A stretch of 64,000 nt of DNA from Lama glama (lineage: Eukaryota): contig CM052816.1 in the NCBI GenBank assembly GCA_028534125.1, positions 10,666,001 to 10,730,000 of the forward strand, given 5' to 3'. Positions 1 to 12,574 of this stretch are shown one piece after another. Below the pieces are notes generated by a model. The model saw only the letters and a program-made list of their open reading frames with translations. It was not told the DNA's origin and ran no database searches. Each line of letters opens with the position of its first letter. Position 1 is the stretch's first letter. A program made the translations under genes and the position numbers.

Positions 1-125
1 CATGAAGAAATCACAGCACACAGGGCCAGAGAATAGAGAAGAGATGTACCCCGAAGCAGAACTGGGTATCATGGTCATGAGAAGAGGGAGTTAAGTGCTG
101 GGTGGAAATACAACAAATGTCCAGT
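1..125 (-). mobile_element. MLT1J/K-type MaLR LTR fragment
   Basis: Ends ...gtgctgggtggaaatacaacaaatgtcca, resembling the reverse complement of the MLT1J/K terminus. Confidence 0.45.
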
Positions 126-2352
126 GGAGTGGAAGTTCAGATTTCAAGAGGCCTTGAATGGTGTCTGTAAACCTGCCAAGGCTGTTTTGCATCATATCAT
201 GGGATGTTTTTCTCACCCTTAAGCAATGAGCTTTGTCGGTCACTGGCCATGCGGAGATCTCTAGTTTGTTCTTTGGGGCTCAAACTGAGTTGAAAAGCAG
301 GTTTCTGTCTCTCCTTCAGCTGTGAGAATATTCAACACAGAACAAGATCACAGACTGTGCTTTGGATTTCGAGAGAAAGCCCCTCAGGCTCCCTCTGCTG
401 GGTGTTTGCCAAAGCTGCCCAAACAGACCTCCCCACCCCACAACCCCCTACCCAGCCCCCATTCTATTGGCAGCTGCTTCAGAGGGGAAGTGCTGGAGAT
501 GGGAATTGTTTAGATGGAAACAATTCTTCTGTAATGGCCCGGCCTTCTCTGGCACGAATTGAGCGTTTACAGTAGTGAAGGCATGTTTTATTTATGTTAT
601 TTCCTCAAGACCTCTGGTTAACTTCTCCATTTGCAATGCAAATCAGACATAGAAAAGGTTTCATAAATTCTACGAACTGTTCTCCCTACATCCACATTCG
701 GTGACAAATTGTAATCTCTTGGCCTAGGAGTTACAGTGTGATTTCAGGTAATAAAAATAACCCGTACAGCGCTAGCTCACGCTAATAGACTCACAGTCAT
801 GTGAGATGCTGACACTAGGCTGCAGACTCGGGGCTCGGAAAAGGCGCACTACTGATGACACTGTCTTTTGAAGGGGCAGCTTTCAATGGGATATCCTAAT
901 TTACACCCCAGAACTCAGAAAGGAGGAACCGATTACCATGAATTAAAGCATCATGTGGCATGTGAGTTCTTCCTGGTGTTCTGATACACTCTGAGGAAAA
1001 ATTCAGTTTGGAAGGAATTAAAAAGGGGCTTGTCTCTCCGCATCTGCTACCCCCTACAAGTGGAATGCTGAAGCTGGCAATCGGGGAGTTGTGCTCTACT
1101 AGCTACTGGCTAGTTGTGCTTCCTTTTGTGTAAGGCTGTTGCTCACATGGCTACAGTTTAGGAGGGAACACAAGGATAAAGAGGGTTTAGATGAATTGCT
1201 TCATAGAACCCTCATGACCAGTGAGTGGATTGGTTCAGAAAATAAGTGATAGATTAGAATTAACCACCCAAGTGTAAGAAATGCCACTCAGCCTTCTGGT
1301 CACCCTTCATTCACTGCACAGTCCCACTTCTCTTTGGATGGTAGGAATTGCCAACAGCTGATAACACACTGGCCACAAAGCAGGGGACCATAGTAACACC
1401 TTGTTATTAAAAAGACCCGACACGGGTATGGGTTACCACCCTTTCTAGCCCTCAGCTCTTTGTTGCAAACAGTGGTTCTTCCTTCATATTATCAGCAATA
1501 TTCTTTTTCAAATTAGATTGCCTCACATGATGATTTTCTGCCTTCAAAAATTAGACTCATGTGTGCATTATATAATACCATGTTATCCATGATGACAAGG
1601 CTGAAAATGCCTGGCCCCACTGTCCTGTAAACTTTCAGGAAAATAAATTGCTACTTGTATTTCCCATTGACTCTCCTAGTGGGCACACCCTGGAAACCCA
1701 GCCCTTAAAAAAGCAGCTGCAGCAGCACAACTTCAGCTCCTTGTCACTGAAAGCCTCTGGGTTGCAGTGGGGAGCAAGGTAATCAGTACTTTGGACTTAG
1801 ATGTACCTAAACAGCTGTTCTTATTCATGCCATGAATTCTGGCCTCATTCTGGGGAATTAGCTGCTTTCCAAGATAGAAATCTGTTTGGCAGAAAATAAA
1901 TGTTTGTTTTTAAATGAAATCCATTTGGTTAATAGTTAACCACCCAGTTTTAGGTTGCTTTCCACAATTCTGTAAATAAAATGTGCTGCATTGCCTTCCC
2001 CAGTGATAGCTAAAAAGTAGACTGACCCTTTGAGAAGTGAATCCTCAGAATCCAGCTGAGTCCTCATTTCCGTTGGTAATAGTTGCATGTAATGTTTTCT
2101 GGCTATTTTTCCTCCTGAGTTAATCAGATGATACAATGTGCAGGGAACATGGAAGTGGGCATTCATCAGGAGGTGGAGAGATTCACCACAGGTCACTAAG
2201 GTGCCGTATGTTGGCCTAATTTAAAAAGAAATTCTACAAACTATGGCTTACATGTATTAGAAGTCAGGTTATGTGTCTGGGTAATTGGGTTTTTACAAAT
2301 CCTAAGTTGCCTGTTATAACATTTCTGTTAGTTGAAGCAGCAAGGTACACAA

Positions 2353-2398
2353 GGGCACATATAGTTAAATAGCAGGGGCACATATAGTTAAATAGCAG
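2353..2398. repeat. Perfect 23-bp tandem duplication
   Basis: gggcacatatagttaaatagcag at 2353-2375 and 2376-2398. Confidence 0.95.
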
Positions 2399-4099
2399 AT
2401 GCTCATCTGGTCACCAATTTGCAGTACCTTTTCAATAAAAACAAAATATTAGATTCCTCTGAGAAACCATATCAGTCATTTGGATTTTTTTCTCATCCTC
2501 ATCCAGATGTCCACTTCTCTTCACAGTATTTCTTTAACCTTTAAATACATTTAAAAAAAAATGTGTTGCCTACCAGGGGAGGGGAAGGGGAGGCAAGTAA
2601 GATTGAAAATAACTTTTACTGATAAAATCAGCTTTTTCAGGTGCTATTAACTTGGAATAAATCGAGCTCTGTACCGCCTACACAGCCTTCTCACTTATGT
2701 GAATATTCTTCCTTTTTTCGTCTTAAATCACAGGACACAATTCTGCTTTCTCAGGAGATGCAATGAGTTTCAATCAAACTATATAAAAACCCAACCAAAT
2801 AAAATAAAATGCAGGACCATCACCGTAATCGTGTGGAAAGGCTAAGAAGGCTGCTTTATTTAATCTTATGATTTCTTTAAACCTTTCAAGTAATTTAGAG
2901 TTTCTCTGGGTTATATAATTTAATAATGAAAGGAAAATAAGATTGTGAAATCTACCTTTTCTTTCTCTCTGATTTCTCTTCTGTCTGATCTACAGCTTGA
3001 AAATCTCTTTTCAATCCCTTCCCTCCAATTAATGAAATAGTTTCCCACCCCACTCCCATCCTGCCTGGAGACACCATTGCCATGGTTACCTGGATACCTC
3101 TCCTCAAAGAATATATGTACCAGCAATTCAGCAATTGAGACATCTCAATGTGTCTCACTTAGGAACAATAATAAGACCATTATGAAACGACTTGTAGTGA
3201 GAATACCATTGATGTTACAGTCTGAGATTAAAACTTTAATTTGTATTCATTTACTCATTTAAAGAGATAGGGATGAGGAGGCTGATGTCTGCAGTTAAAC
3301 GGCAAGTCACTGACATGAAATATAGTCCACCCGAGGTGAGGCATTGGGGCAGCCTCTCCTTGAACACACATTGACAAGGCCAAAAGAATAGGCAGAATCT
3401 CCTACCAACCTAATGGAAATATAATAGTAAAAGGCCAGTATGGAAAATGGTGTATTTTGAGAGCAATGTTTCTTCAGTTGTGAGTCCACATGAGGGTCCA
3501 GAGAAAGAGAGGCTCAGGGATGTTGTCTTCATTTTATCTGAAACCATTGTCTTGGTAAGCTTGATTTGCAACCTCTCACATGGCTCCCTACAGATTTTCT
3601 CTGGGGGAAAACATTTCCCCCTAGCTTTAGCCTTTTTGCCATCAAAATTTTCCAATGCCTCTTGGAACCAGGGGTATGAACCTCAAACCTGTTATAAAAT
3701 GAGTTGAAAAATGATTTGCAAGTAATTTGAAGTAGTGATAATTAGACCTAAGTTCACCAATATTGCAATTTAAAGAAAACAAAGTAGAATCAATTAAAGA
3801 TTAACTCTCTAATTTTATATAGTCTCACAATCTCATAGGCTATTTTGAGTGGGAGAGAGAGGGGGTAGTTATAGCAAGATTGCCGAGAAATTCAATTAAC
3901 TATGATTATCAAGGCTCATAGAGTGAAAGTGCTGCTTATTACTGTGTGCTTAATGTTAGGTCCCTGATTGCTTTTTGAAGATACATTTTTCTGTGAATTA
4001 GTATAAGGTCTTATATTGAATAAACCTGATCACTTGGAAAGGGGAACAAGAAACACACTGAATTCCCCATTCACATTCCCAAACCATAACATCTTTAGA

Positions 4100-4650
4100 G
4101 TGAATTAAAAATCAAAATAAAGAAAAGAAACTCAATTGGAATCTCTGGATTATACTCCATACCATATACCAGAAAAAAAGAAAAGAAAAAGAAAGAAAGA
4201 AAGAATCTCGATGTGTAGATGTGTCAAAGGTTTAAAGATTAAAAAATCAAATAATGAAAACACAAAATTATGGACAAAATTATGGATTCATGTTTGTTAC
4301 CTAAGAATATAGAGGAACTATAGTTTAGAATTCTACACAGAACATATTTATAAATATTCATAAATTTAAAGTTTAGTTTATGTGTCTCATTAATAATTGT
4401 AATCAATATGGCAAAGCAGGTGGGAGAAATTAGAACTTTAATGCACTGTTAGTGGAAGTAAAAGTTCGTATATCCTTTCTGGAGGATAATTTGGTAAAAT
4501 GAATTAAGTATATATTTTCATTCTATGTGGACATTTTTTTTATAGGCATTTATCCTAAAGAGGCAATCGTACAAGTGGGACAGAAAAAGAGAAAGAGAAA
4601 GAAAAAGAAAAAAGGCATATCATAGCATCATTTATTGTAATTTGCATGAA
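4100..4650 (+). mobile_element. Old L1 (L1ME-like) 3' region, left part
   Basis: Degenerate ORF2 3' motifs (gcactgttagtggaagtaaaa, ggcatttatcctaaaga, catagcatcatttattgtaat); appears to resume at 6721. Confidence 0.55.
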
Positions 4651-4723
4651 ACAGCAGACAACTTTAACCACCTTTGTCCTTCAGTTTGACTTATTTCTGA
4701 TGGTAAAGAAAGAAACCATTTGG

Positions 4724-6702
4724 GCGGGGATCGATCAAGTAAGTAGAGTAGGAGGCTATGGATCTCACATCCCCAGAAAACATCTACATGTGGAATAATT
4801 CTCATTGAAAACTAACTGGAAACTGGTGGAAAGGCTCTTATACAACCAAGACTGTAAGAAAGAGCCACATGAAATCAGGTAGGAAGAGGGGAGAAGCAGT
4901 CAGGTCAGGACCTGTGCCCCTGGGAGGGGACTCAGAGAAAAAGGGAAATCACACAGGCAGACACCCAAGCTGGGGAGTGAGCAGTTCGAGCCACATATTG
5001 GCCGCCCCAGTCCTGGGTTCCAGCACAGGGCAGATGAGTTCCCTTGGCAGGCTGAGGGGGGGGTGTTGCTGGGACCAATAGGAGGGCTGGGGAAGTCTGG
5101 ACTCTGCTTGTGAGGAGTGTGCAAGTGCTGGCTTGCTCCAGAGGCAGGGCAGAGAGGTCGAACTGAGGGCTGCTCCAGTGGCTGCCCAGTTTCCCACAAC
5201 CACTTCAGTGCATGCCCCAGCCTGAGCTGAGCAAATTCTCCAGCCCCGCTTAAGTCACCTCACAGCTCTGCACCAGAGCTAGGGCAGCCACAACCCAGGA
5301 GAGAGCTTGGCTGTGGGCCACAGAGGTGACTTGGGCCCGGGGTGGCATCTGAGTGCAGCAGGGCAGCCATTACTGGCAGTTACACAGGCAGTGCATCAGA
5401 GGTGGTCCTGATCCCTGACAGCAGCTGGACCACCACATCCTCTGCCGTGATACATGCTGAGAGCCCACGCAGGCTCTACCTGCACTGCCGTGTGGCTTCA
5501 CAGCAGGGCAGGAACTGTGGAGGCTGGGGGAAGTAATCAGCTGTGATGGACCAATTTGACTCAGACTAGGTGGTAGCTGCCACTGATGGCCCTAGCACAG
5601 GCGTTGCATCAGAGGCAATCTGGACCTATGTCCATAGCTGGCTGGTTGCAGCCCATGCCCTGTCATGAGCTGAGAGCCCACACAGACCCTTTTGTTCCAG
5701 CACTGCTCCCCTCTGGGGGCAAGGGTACTGATGCTGGGAGAGGGAAGAACACACTTAGAGTGACAGCTCAGACCTGGTCCTCAGAGTTTCTGCTCCATCA
5801 ACTTGGGGTCTGTCCCTGCCCCTAAGAGGGCAGTGATGACTACTGAGCGGAGGGGCAAGCCTCACCTCATGCCTTCCCTAGCCTAGGGATCTGGTCCAAG
5901 CCCCTCCATCTCCAGGCCCATCTTCTACCAAGGTGATAGCTATCAGCACACCCTGAGGAAAGATGTGTTGTGTTCACATAGAACCCAGCTCCTCCACTAA
6001 AGGCACTGGGCACACACAGACTGTATATGGACACCCCCACATAAAGACACCACTTCAAGGCTGCAATAGATAACTGTTTCACCTAAATTCATAAAGAGAG
6101 AAAGTTAAGCAAAATGAAAAAACAGAGGAACTGGTCTCAGTTAAAAAAGCAAAAGAAAACCCCAGAAAAAGTAAATAATAAAACAGAAATAAACAATTTA
6201 CCTGATAAAGAATTCAGAGTATTAGTAATAAGAATGCTAACTAAACTGGGGAAAAGAATAGATGAACAGAGTGAGAATTTTAACAAGGAGCTAAAAAGTA
6301 TAAGATCCAGTTCAGGCAGAAGATATACAATAACCGAAATGAAAAACACACTGAAAGGAGGGATAGGAGACTAAGTGAGACAGAAGAATACATAAGTGAT
6401 CTGGAAGACAGACTAATGAAAGTCACCCAATAAGAACAGCAAAAAGGAAAACAAACTAAAAAATGCAAACATTTTAAGAGCTCTCTGGGATAACATCAAG
6501 CATGCCAATGTTCACATTATAGGAGTCCCACACTAAACAACGTACCACTAAAAAACCATTGAGTCAATGAGGGAACAGAGGGAAATCAGGTAGAACCTTG
6601 AGACAAACAAAAATGGAAACATTACTTTCCAAAGTCTATGGGATGCAGCAAAAGCAGTTCTAAGAGGGAAGTTAATGGCAATATAGGCCTTCCTCAAGAA
6701 AC
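4724..6702 (+). mobile_element. Cetartiodactyl-type L1: 5'UTR, partial ORF1, internal deletion, short ORF2 piece; 3'-truncated
   Basis: 5'UTR motifs (catctacatgtggaataattctcattgaaaactaactggaaactgg); ORF1 starts at 6114; ORF2 peptide LWDAAKAVLRGK near 6636-6671; flanked by 18-bp repeats at 4706-4723 and 6703-6720 (1 mismatch). Confidence 0.9.
6114..6530 (+). pseudogene. Decayed L1 ORF1p N-terminal coding region
   Basis: MKKQRNWSQLKKQKKTPEK...NLPDKEFRVLVIRMLTKLGKRIDE is typical of L1 ORF1p; frameshifts and stops follow. Confidence 0.85.
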
Positions 6703-6720
6703 AAGAAAGAAACCACTTGG

Positions 6721-6870
6721 TCTGTATGAGAAACATTTGAAAAGATGTTTACCAGATTGCCAACATGGTTATTTTTGGTGATAGGAATCTGGATGGTTTT
6801 TACTTTTTTTTATATATGTCTGTTAACAATTTTACTATTTTTATAACAAGCACATATTCTCATCAGGGGC
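6721..6870 (+). mobile_element. Old L1ME-like 3'UTR, right part
   Basis: ttaccagattgccaacatggttatttttggtgataggaat...tttttataacaagcacatatt resembles the L1ME 3' end. Confidence 0.5.
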
Positions 6871-6881
6871 AACACTAAAGC

Positions 6882-7307
6882 TATTATGGATTGAATTGTG
6901 TCCCGCCAGGAGAGATGATGAAGTCCTAACCCGTGATGAATGTGATCTTACTTGGAAGTAAGATCTTTGCAGCTATAATCATGTTAAAATGAGGTCATAC
7001 TGAATTAGAGTGGATCCTAATCCAGTGTGACTGGTGTCCTTATAAGAAGAGAGAGACGCAGGAAGAACACAGTTATGTGACAATGGAGGCAGATGTATCT
7101 GTAAGCCAAGGAAGGCCAAGGATTGTTGGCAAACACTAGAAGTTAGGAGAAGCAGGAAAGATCTTCCCTTGTAGGTTTCAGAGGGAGCCTTACCTACAAC
7201 TTGATTTGAGATGTCTAACCCCCAGAACTATGAGACAGTACATTTCTTTTGTTTCAAGTCACCTGGTTTGTGGTACCTTGCTGTAGCACCCCTAGGAAAG
7301 CAGTATA
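6882..7307 (+). mobile_element. MLT1C-like solo LTR (MaLR)
   Basis: Runs from tattatggattgaattgtgtccc to cctaggaaagcagtata; 5-bp TSD AAAGC at 6877-6881 and 7308-7312. Confidence 0.9.
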
Positions 7308-8344
7308 AAAGCCATTTCAGTGTTTTGAGGGGAGTTTCCATTTACTCTGTATGTAGTAATGAGATATATCATGTTACCACGCCACACATGGAATCGCAAA
7401 CCCCGCTATTAACAGTTCTGCATCCAATATACTCATCCGGAATTGAATTCATGGTACTTAGAAAAGGGAAGTGAAATGGCCTACTTCTTAGATGGGATGC
7501 AGATGACACAAACGCTGAAGTGGTTCTGAACATATCCCAGGTAACAGAAGCCTTATTTTCCAAGGCCCCCCAAAGCCGCCTCCTTCTGTGAACCGCAATA
7601 AATACCACAAAGCATCTAGAGATCTTTCTCATTGATGGACTGCTTTAAAGAATTGCAGGCCTGCTTATCATAATTGCCATTTTTTCCTCAACCATATTAC
7701 ATGTGACTGGAACAATGAGCTGAAGGGAAAACTAGGTCCCAAGAGTTTTGGCATCTTTTCAGTATCGAAGGTCAACCATGTAGCAGTGAGCCAGAATGCA
7801 TTGTGAACAGACATATGGCATTTGTTTGGGAGAGGAGAGGGTGGGAGGGCGAGTGTCCTGTTTTCCAGCTGCCTTCTAAAGTCAGCCTGGATTTCTGTAA
7901 AATCTTACTGTATCTTATGTAGCTGCATAATCATTTTCTTTCTAAGTGTTCTTTGATCATCTTAAGAACCAAGAAGACACAGTGCTAGGAAACCCACCCC
8001 ATGCCTCTGACTCTGCTGGATCTCAGGGAAGGTAAAATTGAGGCTCTAGTTGCATCAGGAGTGGATAAATGTGCCCAGTTTAGGACTAAAGTCTGAACAC
8101 AAGGGCGGAGGAACCAATAGATGAGGCACAACTCTGTGGTCAGCCTGCAGCTTATGGAAAATATAACACTGAAGTCACTCATAGCCTTTTTAGGGTAACT
8201 GCACTCTAATGCTATTTTAATAAAACTATAACTATTGGTGTGCTCTTATGATAAAGAATTCAGCAGAGTGCAGCCAATTCTATATGCATAAAGAGCATAT
8301 GTTATGTACCTTGTGTGATTTGGAAGGTAGTCAGAAGATCAAGT

Positions 8345-8920
8345 ATTAGTTAAGAACGTGGGCAGTTTCCAATGATAGAAACTCCAACAAGCTCATACCA
8401 AAAACAGGAAAGGGATTTTGTTGGAAAATTAAGGGGTGGAGGTGGCATCCTGTCTCTAGATGTGTCATTAAATGTGCCTGTCCATCACTCTGTTCCCTTT
8501 CAGTGCTGGTTCTCTTTGGGTGGTAGCCTTATTTTCCCTCCTGCTAATGGGCTTCTCCCACATGGCCAGAACAAGTAGGATTTGGCTCCAGATTTGTGTT
8601 CCCATGGCTTAAAATCCAAGATGAACATGAAGAGAAAAATTCTCCTTTCTCAGTATCCATGTGTAATTCCAGAGAAGTTCTCTGATTGTTGGGTTTGGAT
8701 TAGGTGCCCATACCTGGGTCAGTTATCCTGGCCAGGTAGATGAAATACTCTGATTAGCCAGGCCTAGATCTGCAGCCAGGAGGCCAAGACACTAGGATTG
8801 GCAACCCTATTAACACAATGCAGGGTGAAAAGTTTAAGTTTCTCCAAAGAAGTGAAGGTGCTGTTATTCAGAAGAAGAATAAAGCAATGCAAGAAAGATA
8901 AATAGCAAATGCCTACTAAA
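8345..8920 (-). mobile_element. MLT1J/K-type MaLR LTR
   Basis: Repeated tctgatt(g/a)g motifs, ggtgctgttattcagaagaag and terminal gcaaatgcctacta. Confidence 0.6.
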
Positions 8921-10029
8921 ACACCCAAACATTCCTCCAGTCCAACCCCCCTCCCCTTGACCTAGGTTTCCATGTCATTTGAAATATTTTATTCTTTTGG
9001 TTACAACTGTCCAAAAGAAATTTAGTATGCAAAAGAAAGATAGATGATTGTTACATAGATTTCAAATGGATCAAAACTTGCAGAGCTGACAAACGAAATG
9101 ACAAACCCAAGTCTTATAAACAAGTAAATAAAAATTGATAGCAAAATAAAATTTTTATATAAACTGAGCTTTGAATTAAGGAAGAGTTAGATATATAATG
9201 TTTTAAAGTATAAAGAACAGCTTTTTTTTTTAGAACAAACTATAAATCAATATAAAGCTATATTGAAACAATATACCAAAAGGCAACTTGTGAGGTTGAG
9301 GATAAAATATACAAGTAGAGTGCATGTTTTGGGGCTTGCCTATTCAAGCAGGAAGTCTATGATTGGCCATTTAAGAAAAAAAATACCTCCTGTTAACTCC
9401 GGGAAGACCAGTTCACTATATAAAGAGGTACAATCTAGTATAGCACTTTATCCTTAAAGTGGGGTCTAGGCCACCAAGGCTTTATCTCTCAAGAAATGAC
9501 CTCATTTATGAAGAATTATAAGCGACTTGCCAAAAACTGTGCATTTGTAGCAGGTGTGGTGCTTAGAGACAGATCCAGAGGATTTTCCTTTTTAGCCATG
9601 GTAAAACTTGAGGCTTAACCTTGGCTTCTAATCACCGCCCTCCCTCCCCGTTGTAGGACCTGGAATGTGCCTTGCCTGAGCTCAGGGCCTTACACTCTGC
9701 CTCAGACTAAGATGACATCGCAGAGTTGGAGTTCCCAGACCCGTTGCCTAATTGTGGTTCTGCAGTATTTATTTTCTCATGTTTGGTATTGGCTTTTGAG
9801 GGAAAACCCCAGGGGATGAAGTTGTATTTCATATTAGGAATCAAACAGCCTTTCCGACACCTTTTAAACAGGGCTTTGTTTGGAACCAGCCCAGCCAGGC
9901 TCATTTAGGAAATGAGAAAGATTCCAGAGTCTATACCACAGAAAATGAAGTTTCTAAGTCAAGATGGTTAATTTTTCGTTATCTACTTCCATATTGTTTA
10001 CTTAAAAGTCTAACTAGTATTTGGTTTCC

Positions 10030-10560
10030 CAATTTTTGAAAAATTAGAACATAGAGAAAAGAAAAAGATTAATTAAAATCCCTTAACCAGACAGCTCCTG
10101 TAAACATTTTGGTATGTGTCATTTAAGACTTTATTCCTATGTAAATATGAAATGTAAGTGGATTTTTCTTTCACAGCAGTAACTTTGTCTTACAACATAT
10201 ATTACCTGATTTTCAAAACTTTATTACCTGATATATAAAGTGTTTCACCATTTAAATATTTCTCTGTCATTTTAATCTATTATATAACTCTAGTATATTT
10301 CATATATATATATATATATTTGATGTTAGGTTATTTCTTCTTTAGTTTTTGTGACTATAAATAATTCTTTGATGACTTCCATATGAACTGTTACGTTTAT
10401 TTCCTTAAGTTCAATTCTTAGAGGTACAATTGCTGAATCAAAGTATTTCCAGAATCTTTAAGATGTGGACTGTTAGACAAATCACAACCTAGAAAGGCAT
10501 AAAATTTTCATTTCCTCTCACTTTCAATCAAAGTATCATGAATTTTTAGAATTTCTATTT
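10030..10560 (-). mobile_element. Old L1ME 3' fragment
   Basis: gtaaacattttggtatgtgtc; ttaggttatttc...gactataaataa; atttccttaagttcaattcttagaggtacaattgctgaatcaaag. Confidence 0.6.
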
Positions 10561-10587
10561 GAGATTGTGGAGAGGTGGGTATCATCA

Positions 10588-10789
10588 CCGTAAATCCTCT
10601 CATTAAAGACACACATCTTTCGTATTTAACATATCTGAAATCAGATTGCATCTTACAATAGATAGTGACTTAACATTGTATTAATTTGCTGGGGTGTTTT
10701 TGTTTTTGTTTTTGTTTTTCTGTCTTAGTAGCCCATAAAGTAACAGTATGCCCTCTAATCAGGGGCATCTAAGATTCAGTGAAATACGA
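10588..10789 (+). mobile_element. MER104-like TcMar MITE
   Basis: Begins ccgta, contains tttaacatatctgaaatcagattgcatcttacaat, ends gcatctaagattcagtgaaatacga; degenerate terminal inverted repeats. Confidence 0.7.
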
Positions 10790-11431
10790 TACTCAACCTA
10801 AGAGATTTTTTTTTTTAGGTTTTGGGCCAGCTTTCCTTGCCACCCACCAAGCTTCTGGGACCAGTTGCCCTTGCTAACTACTTTCAGTGTGCTCAAAGTA
10901 TGTAAATTCAATTCAACTTTTATTCAAGTCGCTGTGCATATGGCTCAGGGAATACAAAGATGAACATGACAGTGTTGAGAAAAGCTTAATTAGGAAGGTC
11001 ACTGCATAAAAACCATGAAATGAATTTTATCTCAAAACCTTGGTGGAACAAGGCAGGATAGAAATAAATAAAAACATTATCTATACAGAAGCCAGAGAGA
11101 CATGAATTTTAGAGCATCTGTTCCATGCGTGGCCTTTATTTGATGCAGATAACTGAGAGCTCTTCTGAGTGTCTCCTTACAGTCATCCTCTTCTTGAAGG
11201 AGGTTGAAATGGTGCTCACTCTCACTCAGAGAGTGGCTCCTTTCCTCACATTTCTCACCTGGCCAACTCCTGCTCGGCCCTCAAAACTCCATGCAGAGGG
11301 CACCCACCTTGGGAAATTGCTCCATCGCTCCTCTCCTCTCTCTCTGCCTTCTGTCAACATTGGTTCCACTGTAGTTAGTACGCTCGACACCACACGTCAT
11401 AGTAAGCTCCTTACACGCCATCAGGAATCGG

Positions 11432-11695
11432 GGAGTGGGGTGGCCTAGCACTCAAACACAGGGCTCTGAGATAAGATAGCCTCTGCTCAGTTCCAGCTCT
11501 GCCACATCTTAACCTGTCTATCCTTGGGCAGGTTGCTAGGTACCACTCTTAAATCTCAATTTTCTTACCTGCAAATTGAAATTAACAGTGCCTAGTACAA
11601 AAAGTTGTTTAGAGTATCAACTCTAATAAAATATATAAATCACTTAGCCCAGGCACTGGCCATTGGAAAACACTGAAAAAAATGCTAACTTACTG
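11432..11695 (+). mobile_element. MIR SINE inserted in an L2 3' end (L2 pieces at ~11230-11430 and ~11696-11800)
   Basis: MIR core cagctctgccac...ccttgggcaggtt...ctcaattttcttacctgcaaa; L2 tail acctggcatagaataaatgctcagta. Confidence 0.75.
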
Positions 11696-12038
11696 GCTAT
11701 CTGTCTCCCACAACAACCAATGGCCTTTAGGAGGGCATGAAGTGTGTCCTTTATCTCTGTGATCCTGGGTACCTGGCATAGAATAAATGCTCAGTACTGC
11801 AAGTTCACGGCGCTCCTACAGAAAAACCAAGCCCGTGGTCTTTGGGGCTAAACAAATGAGACAACAGACTTCTTCTTTTGGTTCAGGAAAGCTTGTTCCC
11901 TCTGTGAGCACCCTCCTATCGATAGAGAGAGGTTTTGTTGAGCCTAGTGATGTGAAAAGCAATGGAAATGACTGTGAGAATCTCAATAGACCCATCTTTC
12001 TTTTCGAAACCATTCATAGTAATAACTGTCTAGGGCTG

Positions 12039-12574
12039 GGTTTTTTAATTGAAGTATAGTTGATTTACAACATTATATTAGTTTCTGGTATACTGCAAAG
12101 TGATTCTTTGTATATATTCTTTTTTAGATTCTTTTTCATTATGGGTTATGACAAGCTATTGAATATAATTCCCTGTGCTATACAGTAGGACCTTGTTGTT
12201 TATCCATTTTATATGTGGTAGTTTATATCTGCTAATTCCAAACTCTGAATTTTCCCTCCCCACCTTTGCCCTTTGGTAACCATAAGTTTGTTTTCTATGT
12301 CTGTGGACTCTGTTTCTGTTTTGTAAACAAGTTCATTTGTTTCATGTTTTAGATTCCACATATAAGTGATATCCTATGGTATTTGTCTTTCTCTTTTTGA
12401 CTTGCTTCACTTAGTATGATAATCTCTAGGTCCATCCATGTTGCTGCAGATAGAATTGTTTCATTCTTTTTATGGCTGAGTAGTATTCCATTGTGTATAT
12501 ATATAGACACACCACAATTTCTTTATCCATTCGTCTTTGATGAACATTTAGGCTGCTTGCATGTCTTGGCTATT
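12039..12574 (-). mobile_element. L1 3' end, artiodactyl-type, 5'-truncated
   Basis: ttaattgaagtatagttgatttacaa, ccctgtgctatacagtagg, tagattccacatataagtgata, ctaggtccatccatgttgctgca. Confidence 0.92.

Noticed and set aside
302..402. Good + strand acceptor (tttctgtctctccttcag) followed by an open frame VRIFNTEQDHRLCFGFREK
   Set aside because: No convincing donor and no recognisable peptide
7492..7540. Possible 49-nt exon (cttcttag ... cag|gtaaca)
   Set aside because: Short pyrimidine tract, unrecognised peptide, expected by chance
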